IMG/VR virus record: IMGVR_UViG_3300044695_003767
Length of the DNA: 64,000 bases
Source of the DNA: a virus
Direction: 5' to 3' (one strand)
The translations under genes and the position numbers were made by a program. Positions 26,895-36,592 of the stretch are shown piece after piece (within the stretch, counting starts at the first letter, position 1; each line of letters begins with the position of its first letter). Under the pieces are notes generated by a model. It was not told the origin of the DNA. It searched no databases and worked only from the letters and a program-made list of their open reading frames with translations.

Positions 26895-29036
26895 ATGGAA
26901 AAAGAAATAACAAAGTTAAAATTAAATGCTACGAATATTAAAAGTTCTTTGGTCTTTTCTAATAAAGAACTGAGAAAACTTAGAATTCAAAAAAATGATT
27001 TATTCGTGAGATTAGAAAAGCAAAAAGAATTAAGAACAAAAGAACAAGCATTAGAAACACCTAAAATAGGTGCGGCATTTCAGAGACTAACATCTATTGT
27101 AACAACACCCGTCAAGAGTATTTTTGATCGTATACTTGAATTTTTTGGTTTAATTGCTCTTAAGGTTTTGATAGGTGAATTACCAAAACTTATCGATCAA
27201 GTTAATTCCTTTTTTAACAGTGGATTTGTAAAATCTGTTGGCAGTATCTTATCAATAATTGGAACTGGTCTTCAAAAAGTTGGTGAATTGATTGGTTTGA
27301 TTCCAAAACAAGAACAAGATCAAATTATGAGTGATTTGAAAGAGATAGAGAAAAATGTAGATGATGATTTAAAATTAGCAGATCAATCTGATAAAGATAT
27401 TGCTACATTGCAAAGGCAATTAAATCTCGCCGAAAAACCAGAGAAACCAGAAAAACCACCAAAGCCAGAAAAACCATTACCATCTCCACCACCTACAAGA
27501 GAAGCAGTACAATCTCAAAAAGATAATTCTAAAACTGCTCAGTCTGGGGCATTCTCGGTTTCTACTCAAAATAGAGAAATACCAGCACCAAAACTAACAC
27601 CAATGAGGGAAAATGTTCAAAAATTTGCTCAGGGTGGAACAGTTAAATCAGAAAACGAAAAAGGAAAACCAACATATCAACCAAAGAAAAGTATAGCACT
27701 AAAAACATCTCAACGTTCACTTACTGATGGATTTACTCAATTTTCTTCTGCTGTAAATAACATTTCAGATTCTGCAGAACGAGATGAAGAAAATATGCTT
27801 GCACTTGCCGAAGTATCAAAGAATTTTAATAAGTGGGATTCAATGTTAAAATTCTTTGGTGGTGGAGATGGAGGTGATGGTGGAGATGGAGGTGATGGGG
27901 GTGGAGATGGAGGTGATGGTGGAGATGGAGGTGGATTAACTGTTGGTAAATGGGGTCCAATGCTTGATTTAATTGCTTCTGGTGAAGGTGGATATGATTC
28001 TGTTAATCCTGGTTTAGTGAGACCAGAAATTAGAGATATGAATCTGGGGCAATTACTTGATTTCATGGCAGAATCTAAACGTAAAAAGGGTGGTTCTGCA
28101 GCACTTGGGAGATATCAATTCATTAATCCACAATTAGCATATCAATTATCTGGATTGAATCCTAGTGAAAAATTTACTCCTGCAAACCAAGACAAAATGG
28201 CTGTTGCTTATCTTGAGAAAAAACGTCCTGGTAAAGAATGGTTGGCGGGGAAAATATCAACTAGAGATTATATTGAAGAACTTTCTAATGAGTGGGGTGC
28301 TTTTAGAAGTTATAGTGGTAATGTTTTACCTGGAAATAGTGGAAAAATAGGACCAGAAAAAATTGAAGCAGCATTAAAAAAAGTTAAAAAAGGTGGTTAT
28401 TCTGCAGAAGAACTTTCTAGATCCATCGAACAAGTACCACCAGGAAATACAAAAGTAGTTGTTTCAAGTAGATATGGTGTTCAAAGAGGTAGTAGAATGC
28501 ATGGTGGAACTGATCTTTCCACCAAGCATGGCACTCCTCTTAGAGCAGTTGCAGATGGTAAAATTGTTGAAACTGGATTTGATGGGAAAGGATGGGGATA
28601 CTTTTTAGTTTATAAAGATACTTCTGGTCTTTATCATCTCTATGGGCATATGCCAAAAGGATCTTTCAAAACTAGTGGGACAGTTAAAAAAGGTGAAGTG
28701 ATTGGTAAAGTTGGCTCAACTGGCAGATCTACTGGACCACACCTTCACTGGGAAATTGGGAAAAGTTGGAACGGAACTATTGGTGGAAAATTTGATCCTT
28801 TGAAAATTTATAGCCCAAATGCACCATTTAATACTCCATTACAAAGTGTTGCATCTAAACAAAATAAAACTTTAGTTACACCAAACCAACCACAAACTCC
28901 AGAACAAGCAGCAATGGTTATTTTTGCCAGACAACCCAGAACACAATATATTCCAGTTCCATTCCAACAACCATCGCCAGCAAGAAATTCATTGGCAGCA
29001 CCCACACCGTCATTATCACCATTATGGGGAGGTTAA
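26895..29036 (+). CDS. Virion-associated muralytic protein: lysozyme-like plus M23 peptidase domains
   Basis: LDLIASGEGGY...AALGRYQF; M23 motifs HGGTD, YGH, GSTGRSTGPHLHWE. Confidence 0.85.
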   Translation: MEKEITKLKLNATNIKSSLVFSNKELRKLRIQKNDLFVRLEKQKELRTKEQALETPKIGAAFQRLTSIVTTPVKSIFDRILEFFGLIALKVLIGELPKLIDQVNSFFNSGFVKSVGSILSIIGTGLQKVGELIGLIPKQEQDQIMSDLKEIEKNVDDDLKLADQSDKDIATLQRQLNLAEKPEKPEKPPKPEKPLPSPPPTREAVQSQKDNSKTAQSGAFSVSTQNREIPAPKLTPMRENVQKFAQGGTVKSENEKGKPTYQPKKSIALKTSQRSLTDGFTQFSSAVNNISDSAERDEENMLALAEVSKNFNKWDSMLKFFGGGDGGDGGDGGDGGGDGGDGGDGGGLTVGKWGPMLDLIASGEGGYDSVNPGLVRPEIRDMNLGQLLDFMAESKRKKGGSAALGRYQFINPQLAYQLSGLNPSEKFTPANQDKMAVAYLEKKRPGKEWLAGKISTRDYIEELSNEWGAFRSYSGNVLPGNSGKIGPEKIEAALKKVKKGGYSAEELSRSIEQVPPGNTKVVVSSRYGVQRGSRMHGGTDLSTKHGTPLRAVADGKIVETGFDGKGWGYFLVYKDTSGLYHLYGHMPKGSFKTSGTVKKGEVIGKVGSTGRSTGPHLHWEIGKSWNGTIGGKFDPLKIYSPNAPFNTPLQSVASKQNKTLVTPNQPQTPEQAAMVIFARQPRTQYIPVPFQQPSPARNSLAAPTPSLSPLWGG
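27858..27935 (+). repeat. GGD low-complexity linker repeat (GGWGGWGAT units)
   Basis: Tandem 9-nt units encoding GGDGGDGGD. Confidence 0.8.
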
Positions 29037-29039
29037 TAA

Positions 29040-30320
29040 ATGTCTAGTGCATCACAAGCATCTACATACGAGATTTTCAAAATTCAAAAAAAGGGAAGAC
29101 CTGCGATAGACATTACGGGTCAGGAAAAAATAGGACCAAAGACGGTTGGATTTAATTATTATGAAAGTTTATTTTCTCCAAGTGTAACTGCTACATTGAG
29201 TGTCATTGAAACTGGATCATCAGTTAATTATGATCCAAAATACGATAGTCAGTCAAGAATTGGAACACTTAGTTCTGCATTACCATTATCTGGAGATGTT
29301 TCTGTTGCTTTTAAAATCAGAAGTAAGTATGGAATTTTAGATTTTACAAAAAATTCACTTCTTTTTGATAAGATTATATCTCCAGGATCTGAATCTAACC
29401 GTGAAGCAATTATAATGAATTTGGTTTCTAAAAACTTTAAATTAAATGAAGAAGCAACGGTTTATAAAAAATATTCTGGAAATATAGGAAACAGTGTTCG
29501 TGGTTTGATAGAGGAGTATTTAAAAACTAATGTTGCCGTAGATCAAACTAAAAACTCATATTCATTCATTGGGAATGGAAAGTCTCCTTTTGAAATAATT
29601 TGCAAATTAGCATCTAAATCAATACCTGGGAAGGGAAATCCTGGATATTTTTTCTATGAAACAAGATCTGGTTTAAATTTTAAATCAATCGATGAATTAA
29701 TTCGTCAACAACCTGTCGCAAGTTACTACCGAACTGATGTTTTAAGATCAAACATTGATAATGATGAAAACGATTTCAAAATTCTCTTTAAAACTGATGT
29801 TAGAAAAAGTGATCTTGCCAATCTCTTAAGATCGGGTGCCATTTATAGTAAGAATGTATTTTTTGATCCACAATCTTTTAAATATGAAGAAAAAATTGAA
29901 AATCTTTCTGAGAATCTTTCAACATCTTTAGGTAAAGATCCTGTTTTACCTACAGTAAGTTCTTTTACGAGAACTCATTTTCATATAAAAGATATTGGTG
30001 CTTTGAGTCAAAAAATTCTAGATGATGTTAATAATGATCCCAAAGAATGGCAAGCAAGATCGACAATGAGATATAATATGTTATTTTCTCAAGCAATTCA
30101 AATTCAGGTTCCTTGTAATATCAAATTAAAAGCTGGAGATATAATTATTTGCAATTTTGAGGCAGTTACTTCGGACAGTAAGATTCAAGGACCAGATCCA
30201 GTGATGAGTGGAAAATATTTAATTGTTAATTTATGTCATCATTTTGATCCCTTAAGATCTTTTACTTCATTAACTCTTGCTCGTGATAGTTATGGTCTAT
30301 ATACTAATAAAAGCAAATAA
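29040..30320 (+). CDS. Baseplate hub/tail protein (gp27-like)
   Basis: YYESLFSP, GYFFYET..G..FKSID.L, L.AGD.I, SGKYLI..LCH.F; precedes gp5. Confidence 0.65.
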   Translation: MSSASQASTYEIFKIQKKGRPAIDITGQEKIGPKTVGFNYYESLFSPSVTATLSVIETGSSVNYDPKYDSQSRIGTLSSALPLSGDVSVAFKIRSKYGILDFTKNSLLFDKIISPGSESNREAIIMNLVSKNFKLNEEATVYKKYSGNIGNSVRGLIEEYLKTNVAVDQTKNSYSFIGNGKSPFEIICKLASKSIPGKGNPGYFFYETRSGLNFKSIDELIRQQPVASYYRTDVLRSNIDNDENDFKILFKTDVRKSDLANLLRSGAIYSKNVFFDPQSFKYEEKIENLSENLSTSLGKDPVLPTVSSFTRTHFHIKDIGALSQKILDDVNNDPKEWQARSTMRYNMLFSQAIQIQVPCNIKLKAGDIIICNFEAVTSDSKIQGPDPVMSGKYLIVNLCHHFDPLRSFTSLTLARDSYGLYTNKSK

Positions 30321-30808
30321 TGGCTGATAGTTTAGCTCAAGTATATCTTTCAAAACCTTTTCTTGCTCAAGTTGCACCTGGTCAAAATCAATATCTCAAA
30401 GGTGCAAAATGGGATGAGGCTCATGGTGATAGAGTTAGAATAAGAATACCTGGAAAACATCCAAGCACTAATGAACTCAATGATGATGATTTACCCTGGG
30501 CTATTATAGCAAAACCAACATCACAAGGAAATCGTAATGGTGGGTCTGTAGGTATATGGGGTGGTGAGTGGGTTTTGGCTTGTTATTTGGATGAAAGTGA
30601 GCAAGTTCCTATTATCACTCACGTTCTTGGAAATAATTTATCCGATTATGATCTAAGAGAATCTAAAAATGGAACAACGGAATTTAAAAGAGTAGATCGA
30701 TTTAATTATGGGTTATTACCAGCAAATCATCAAGTAATTGGTGATGCAAAAAAACCATTTGGTCCTGCACAACCAACTAGAGATGAATTTAAAAATGCAA
30801 TGAAATGA
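30320..30808 (+). CDS. gp5: gp5 N-terminal OB-fold domain protein
   Basis: GDRVRIRIPG.H...DDDLPWA....P, GEWV...LD...Q.PII..VL. Confidence 0.7.
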   Translation: MADSLAQVYLSKPFLAQVAPGQNQYLKGAKWDEAHGDRVRIRIPGKHPSTNELNDDDLPWAIIAKPTSQGNRNGGSVGIWGGEWVLACYLDESEQVPIITHVLGNNLSDYDLRESKNGTTEFKRVDRFNYGLLPANHQVIGDAKKPFGPAQPTRDEFKNAMK

Positions 30809-30842
30809 GAAATAAATATCAACACAAGGAGGTGAAGTATTA

Positions 30843-32873
30843 ATGGCAGATCAGATTGGATCACAAAGTCAACCAGCAAGGGTTCCAGATCCTGTTGAAA
30901 CACAACCAATACCTGTTTTAACAACATTAAGTACTGAAGACTTAAACAATATAGAAGCAACAAATCGTAATGTCATTACAGATTTGAATCAAATTCAATC
31001 TGATAGTTGGACTGATGAAGAGTGGAAATTATATACTGCCGCTGCTGGAAATATAAAAGCAGTTCAAGACGCTAAAACTGCAAAAACTTCTGATGATTGC
31101 AATACAAAGCAAACTGATAAAGGATATACATTATCTGATTCAAAAAAATGTGAGGCATTTGTCAATTCTACGGCATATAAACAAGCAAGACAGACGCAAC
31201 AAGAACAAATATCTTTACCAGATCCTTGTGGAACTTCTGAATTAGCAGGTATTAATACAGAATTACTTAAATTCTTTCAAAGACTTAAGGCAATTAAACA
31301 GTGGGGTCAACTTTATGTTAATGGCACCATTAATAAGGTTGGCAAAATATCAAGTTTAATAAGAAATAGTGCTAGTATCATTGGAGCAATTCTTAAAATT
31401 TTAATTCAAAGACTACGAGATTATCTAATAGGTAAAATAAGAGCAGGTATACAAGATTTAATCGATTTACTTTTACCTACCGTTGCAAAAGCAATTAAAA
31501 ATACAATCATTCAAAAAGTTGTAGATGCTATTTTCTGTAAGTTTAAAGATATCGCAGCTGGAATCGCAAATATGGTTGCTGATTTCTTATTTGAATTGAT
31601 TGGAAAAATTGTTAATGTTCCATTTTGTGCAGCACTGCAATGGACAAATGCATTAGTTAATAAGTTGGCTTCACAAATTGACAAATCAATTGGTCCAATA
31701 TTAGATCAAATTAATGATGTATTGGGTGGAGTTACTAAAATTGTTGGTAGTGTATTCCAAGCATTAGATTTTATTCTTGGATTTGAATCTTTCTTGTGTG
31801 CAAAACCAAATTGTCCAGAAATAAAAGATTTTAAAGCAGACCCTTTTTGGGGTGGACCAACACAAAAAGACATTGATAACTTTAATAATTTCTTACCTGT
31901 TCCTAGTGATTCTGATCTTATTGAAGGTGCCACTGGATGGACAAAGGATCTTCCAATTTTTGGGGGTAAATTGGGACAATATGATGGAACATTACCTTCC
32001 AGTGTAATTCAGTGTGATACCACACCTTTCCGTTGCGGTCCACCATCTGTAGTAATTTTTGGTGGTGGTGGATTTGGTGCTGCAGCTAATGCTGTTGTTG
32101 ATACAATGGGTCAAATTGTTGGTGTCGATTTAGCATCTCGTGGTTCTGGATATACAACTCCACCTTTTATTAGCATTGTAGATAATTGTCAAAATGGAAG
32201 TTATGCATCAGCATATGCGGAAATTAACGATGATGGTGAAGTTTCGGATATTGTTATCGTTAATCCTGGAAATGGTTATTTACCAGAACCCAATGGACTA
32301 GATGAGTTTGGTCAACCTATTGATTCTTCTACTAATACTAATTTAAATTCCACACAAAATAATATAATTAATGACTATGTTATTTGTCTCTCTGGATTTA
32401 AAGTTCTTTCTACTGGAATAGGTTATAAAGCATCCGATAGTATTAAAATCGCACCAAATATACCAGGACTGAACGCCACTGTAAGACTGACAGAATCTGG
32501 TCAAATTTTTGATATTAAACTCACGAATAAAGTATGTGGATTAACTGAAATACCAGAAATACAAATAAATAGTGAAATAGGTGCTGGTTGTGAAATCAAA
32601 CCCATATTTGATATTATTAAAGTTAGTGAAACAAATCCTTTAGATTCTAGATCAATAGATGTCAATAATTCTGGACAATCTCAACTTTTAGATAGTCAAC
32701 AAGTGGCTGATATTTCTATTGATTCAATCAGTAAAGAAGTTTTAGATTCAAATACACGTAGAGCTTTGGTTCAGGGTGAAATTGCAGATGAAACACAACT
32801 TTTTGCAACGATTCGATCTGGGTCTAGAGTAGGAAAAACAAACATTGTAAGAGTTATTGATTGTGTGAGATAA
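30843..32873 (+). CDS. Baseplate hub protein (cyanophage gp5-associated body)
   Basis: CGPP.V.IFGGGG.GA, GSGYTTPP, C-terminal VIDCV. Confidence 0.65.
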   Translation: MADQIGSQSQPARVPDPVETQPIPVLTTLSTEDLNNIEATNRNVITDLNQIQSDSWTDEEWKLYTAAAGNIKAVQDAKTAKTSDDCNTKQTDKGYTLSDSKKCEAFVNSTAYKQARQTQQEQISLPDPCGTSELAGINTELLKFFQRLKAIKQWGQLYVNGTINKVGKISSLIRNSASIIGAILKILIQRLRDYLIGKIRAGIQDLIDLLLPTVAKAIKNTIIQKVVDAIFCKFKDIAAGIANMVADFLFELIGKIVNVPFCAALQWTNALVNKLASQIDKSIGPILDQINDVLGGVTKIVGSVFQALDFILGFESFLCAKPNCPEIKDFKADPFWGGPTQKDIDNFNNFLPVPSDSDLIEGATGWTKDLPIFGGKLGQYDGTLPSSVIQCDTTPFRCGPPSVVIFGGGGFGAAANAVVDTMGQIVGVDLASRGSGYTTPPFISIVDNCQNGSYASAYAEINDDGEVSDIVIVNPGNGYLPEPNGLDEFGQPIDSSTNTNLNSTQNNIINDYVICLSGFKVLSTGIGYKASDSIKIAPNIPGLNATVRLTESGQIFDIKLTNKVCGLTEIPEIQINSEIGAGCEIKPIFDIIKVSETNPLDSRSIDVNNSGQSQLLDSQQVADISIDSISKEVLDSNTRRALVQGEIADETQLFATIRSGSRVGKTNIVRVIDCVR

Positions 32874-32874
32874 A

Positions 32875-33465
32875 ATGACACTTAAACCAGAACATACGCT
32901 AACAGATAATACCTATGGAACCATTTTTATGGGTCCTTCCGGTGACGAGAAGAATAATCCTGGAACACATTATGTGAGATCTTTGGCCAATGGAAACATT
33001 GAAATGCATACAAAACCAGGAAATAAATCTGAAATTATTCAAGGAACAAATCATGAAGTTGTCGTTGGTTCAGTTCCTGGAGATGATCGAAAGAAAAAAG
33101 AAAAAGAAACTGTAGCAAGATCTATTACTGTTAAAGATGGTGATATTGCTATCATTGCAGAAAATGGTAATATTAAATTAAAAGCTAAAAATATTTTTAT
33201 TGAAACTGTTGGTGATGGTAATGATGGATCATTTATGGTAAAGGCAAACGAAGCCATTACAATGGTTGCTGGTGAACAAATGACTTTAGGTGGTGCAAAA
33301 ATTTGTTTGTCAAGTGCAGACTCTATAACATTAAATGGTCAGGGTTTGCTTTACATTTTATGCAAAGATATTAGTGAGGGTTCCCCATTATCTGGATTAT
33401 TAAGTAATTTTGTTCCTGGAGCAGTTTCAAAATTAATCGATGCAATTGCGTTAAGTTGCAAATAA
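32875..33465 (+). CDS. Spike/beta-helix-like baseplate protein
   Basis: GDIAIIAENGNIKLKAKNI.IE repeats; follows the gp5 genes. Confidence 0.5.
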   Translation: MTLKPEHTLTDNTYGTIFMGPSGDEKNNPGTHYVRSLANGNIEMHTKPGNKSEIIQGTNHEVVVGSVPGDDRKKKEKETVARSITVKDGDIAIIAENGNIKLKAKNIFIETVGDGNDGSFMVKANEAITMVAGEQMTLGGAKICLSSADSITLNGQGLLYILCKDISEGSPLSGLLSNFVPGAVSKLIDAIALSCK

Positions 33466-33474
33466 GGAGAAAAT

Positions 33475-34296
33475 ATGGCATTTACTAAACTTGAGAGTGG
33501 TACTTTAGACGTTTTTAGTCCTTTAGCCGGTGGAGCTCTTCTTTTTCCAAAAGGATTTTGGGAACCTGGAACTGCATCAATACATAAACTACATTGTGGT
33601 CAGGGAGCATCTGCAGTACCATTTTCTGCATCACTGGTTGTAGGACCATCTATAACTTCACCACTTTCAATTAACACTGTTGGAATGGAAGTTCTCACTG
33701 GAGTGAGAAATTTATTTGGTGTTGATACTACAGTTGGGCAAGATATTAGTCTTGGTGCATTGAATGTTGAATGGTCTTCTCTAGGGAATCATTTTACTGG
33801 TGCAGAATTTATAGTAAGTCCACTTGCAGAATCTGTATCTCCACGAATACCTTTAAGTGCTTTAAGTGGTGATTTAAATGGTTTTTGGAAAGTCAATGGT
33901 CTTCCAGTATCTGGAGAACCTGATTTAACATCTGATGTAAGATTGAAGAAAAATATTGAGACCTTTAGTAATGGGCTAGAAATCATTCTTCAGTTAAATC
34001 CCGTTCGATTTGATTGGAGAGAAGATTTATGTCCTGATTCTTTCTTAAATGAATATAGAGAACCAGAAGATGAATATGGTTACCCTGGAGAAATTAAAAG
34101 ACAGTATGGTTTAATTGCACAAGAAGTAGAAACAATTGCACCAGATTTAATTGGTGAAAGAAAAATGTATGATGAAACATACAAGTTGATTAGATATGAA
34201 AAGATTGTTCCGATTTTAATTTCTGCCGTCAAAGATCAACAAGATCAAATAGATGAATTGAAGAGAGAAATACAATCTTTAAAAGAAAATAAATAG
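33475..34296 (+). CDS. Tail protein with C-terminal S74 intramolecular chaperone
   Basis: TSDVRLKKNI...LNPVRFDW...GLIAQEVE..P...YEKIVPILISAVK. Confidence 0.8.
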   Translation: MAFTKLESGTLDVFSPLAGGALLFPKGFWEPGTASIHKLHCGQGASAVPFSASLVVGPSITSPLSINTVGMEVLTGVRNLFGVDTTVGQDISLGALNVEWSSLGNHFTGAEFIVSPLAESVSPRIPLSALSGDLNGFWKVNGLPVSGEPDLTSDVRLKKNIETFSNGLEIILQLNPVRFDWREDLCPDSFLNEYREPEDEYGYPGEIKRQYGLIAQEVETIAPDLIGERKMYDETYKLIRYEKIVPILISAVKDQQDQIDELKREIQSLKENK

Positions 34297-34315
34297 ACAA
34301 AAAGTGAATTGAAAG

Positions 34316-35962
34316 ATGGATCAAAGTTTAAAAAATAGCATCATTAATATTTTTAAAGAAGAGCAAGATCAAATGGATGGTGCTCTAGATAATAAGAGTG
34401 ACGTAAAAGCACCTGATACAATTACTGAATATACTGTCACACAAAATTCTGATGGTACTTGGTCTAAAAATGAAAGAACAAAAAAACCTGATTTTTATGA
34501 TGGTAGTGTAGATAAGAAAAATAGAGATAAAGTTAAAAAAAAGGCAAAAGACTTACAAGCATTTTGCAGAGAAATTGATAATAAAATTTTAGATTTCAAT
34601 TCTCAAATTGATGCCAAAAAACAACAATTGGTCAGTCTAACAGCACAGGCAAAAACTGCAAATTGTTGGGTAGGTACTGCTCATAGTTTACCTGTTGGTG
34701 GAATATCCAAATATTATGGAACAGATATTGCATTTAATGGTGAAGTTGAAAATATTAAAATTTATCCCAAAATGGCAGGTCCTCAACAGGATAATAATGC
34801 AAAAAATGTATTTGATCCAGATACAATATATACACTAAATGATACTTACTCTGGATATGGTTATAAGAATCTACCAGAGAGAGTAGTTTATGAAAATACA
34901 GACGGTGTTGGAACTGGTTCTAGTATCGATGGTAGTGGTAGTTCTCTAGGTGCTGTAAAGTTCGATATTTCAAAAATACAGTCTGATCACAATGCACGTT
35001 CATTCAGTTCAGTTGGTGTTGGCACTAATGCAATTTGGACTTGGTACTATGACGGAGCAACTTCACCAGCAACTTGTGTTTCTATTGCAAATAGCATAGA
35101 CAGCATTTACGACGAAATTATATCCTTAAGAAAAGAAAGAAATGCTTTAAGACGTGATTTGAACGTAATAAAAGATAAAAAGATGGAAAAAGAACTTGCT
35201 TCTTGGGGACTAAACAGAGTCGCATCGGAAGTAAAGGAAAGAAAGACGGTTCATACATCTGTGATTAATGCAATTAATAGTTTTAATGATGATATTACTG
35301 TCAATGATAAGTCTCTTGTTCTTTATCTTGATGCCGGAGACAATGATTCTTATTCTGGAGTCGGAACTTCTTGGTATGATTTGAATGGTAGTGGTAAAGT
35401 TGCAACTCTTGTCAATGGTCCTACTTATGATTATGCAAATGGTGGATCGATTGTATTTGTTGAAATTCCAAATCTACAGTATGCAACAGTATCTACTTCA
35501 ACAGTTACTGCACATTCTAATAATCCATTTACGTTAGAATCGTGGGCAAAAAATACATTAAGTGGTGATTATAATACTGTTTTAACTGCAGTTGGACCAG
35601 ATAGAGAAATTGGATTTCATAATGGACAATTTCTTTATGGTGGAAATGGTGGTGCTGGAAATACATTAAGATTTGCTGGGACAAATACAATAGGAAATTG
35701 GTATCATTTAGTGATGACTTTTGAAGGTTTAGGAGACAAGATAGCAAAATTTTATGTAAATGGAGTTTTAATTGATGCAAACTCAATTGGTGATAATGGA
35801 GCAACTTCAACTTCTACTATAAGGATTGGTTCTTACTCTACTTCTGGATCTGAATTTTTAACTGGAAATGTTGCAATTGCACGAATTTATAATAAGTGTT
35901 TATCGGCAGCAGAAGTAACACAAAACTTTAATGATACTAAGGGAAGATTTAACATCTCATAA
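34316..35962 (+). CDS. Virion protein with C-terminal LamG/ConA-like domain
   Basis: LVLYLDAG...SY.G.GT.WYDL, WYHLV.T, RIYNK.LS..EV.QNF. Confidence 0.75.
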   Translation: MDQSLKNSIINIFKEEQDQMDGALDNKSDVKAPDTITEYTVTQNSDGTWSKNERTKKPDFYDGSVDKKNRDKVKKKAKDLQAFCREIDNKILDFNSQIDAKKQQLVSLTAQAKTANCWVGTAHSLPVGGISKYYGTDIAFNGEVENIKIYPKMAGPQQDNNAKNVFDPDTIYTLNDTYSGYGYKNLPERVVYENTDGVGTGSSIDGSGSSLGAVKFDISKIQSDHNARSFSSVGVGTNAIWTWYYDGATSPATCVSIANSIDSIYDEIISLRKERNALRRDLNVIKDKKMEKELASWGLNRVASEVKERKTVHTSVINAINSFNDDITVNDKSLVLYLDAGDNDSYSGVGTSWYDLNGSGKVATLVNGPTYDYANGGSIVFVEIPNLQYATVSTSTVTAHSNNPFTLESWAKNTLSGDYNTVLTAVGPDREIGFHNGQFLYGGNGGAGNTLRFAGTNTIGNWYHLVMTFEGLGDKIAKFYVNGVLIDANSIGDNGATSTSTIRIGSYSTSGSEFLTGNVAIARIYNKCLSAAEVTQNFNDTKGRFNIS

Positions 35963-36012
35963 CCAGTTTTCCAACTGGCACACTTGACACCAACCCCCAT
36001 TTACCCTATAAT
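35963..36012 (+). promoter_or_regulatory. Sigma70 promoter with upstream palindrome CCAGTT-N4-AACTGG
   Basis: AACTGGCACA followed by TTGACA-N17-TATAAT. Confidence 0.75.
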
Positions 36013-36037
36013 ATGGGGGTAATCAACGGAACACCAA

Positions 36038-36238
36038 ATGAGCACCGCACAAGAGACCGTCCAAGGCATTGTGATTGATGTATGCAGCAAGTCTTTTCTT
36101 CTTCTGAGTGATCAGGGAAACACCAAGACTGTACAGTGCGACAATACCGAAGAGTTTATGAACGTGTTGGAAGTTGTTACTGCTCAACTTGATCCTGAGC
36201 AGATTGAGTATGCTGACCTTGCCATTTACGGTGAGTGA
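36038..36238 (+). CDS. Hypothetical protein
   Basis: Directly downstream of the promoter; 66 aa. Confidence 0.65.
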   Translation: MSTAQETVQGIVIDVCSKSFLLLSDQGNTKTVQCDNTEEFMNVLEVVTAQLDPEQIEYADLAIYGE

Positions 36239-36269
36239 TGCTATAATATAAATACCGAAAAAGAAACGA

Positions 36270-36443
36270 ATGGAAGTTTTCACAGTGGAAGAGTTTCAAG
36301 AGAGGTTTGACGAACTCATTGAGAGAGTGGAAAACGGAGAGCAATTAGGTATAATTAATGAGAATGGGCAGGCAGCAGTTATGATGCCTGCAGATGATGA
36401 CTTTGTACGAATACACACTGTGTGTAATAACGAAGCATCATAA
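36270..36443 (+). CDS. Phd/YefM antitoxin-like protein (57 aa)
   Basis: MEVFTVEEFQERFDELIERVENGEQLGIINENGQAAVMMP fits the Phd beta-alpha-alpha-beta-beta pattern; TATAAT and TATAAATA upstream. Confidence 0.55.
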   Translation: MEVFTVEEFQERFDELIERVENGEQLGIINENGQAAVMMPADDDFVRIHTVCNNEAS

Positions 36444-36451
36444 ACGCAGAA

Positions 36452-36539
36452 GCGAGTGAGACTTGGTAGTCAGAGGAGTCTTATAAACTCTTTCCGCCAG
36501 ATTAGCGGCTTTGACCTGGTTCGAATCCAGGCACTCGTA
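36452..36539 (+). tRNA. Non-canonical tRNA, anticodon UAU (Ile)
   Basis: Acceptor GCGAGTG/CACTCGT, T-arm CCTGG-TTCGAAT-CCAGG, anticodon loop CTTATAA, short D-arm, long variable arm. Confidence 0.7.
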
Positions 36540-36592
36540 TCACTCTAAACTACATTAGAGTATAAATAAAAGTGTAGAGTGGTCTAACTTCT

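Noticed and set aside
36478-36488. Reading the odd tRNA as an ochre suppressor (UUA)
   Set aside because: The stem-defined 7-nt loop CUUAUAA puts UAU at positions 34-36, and TAA is used as a normal stop throughout the window
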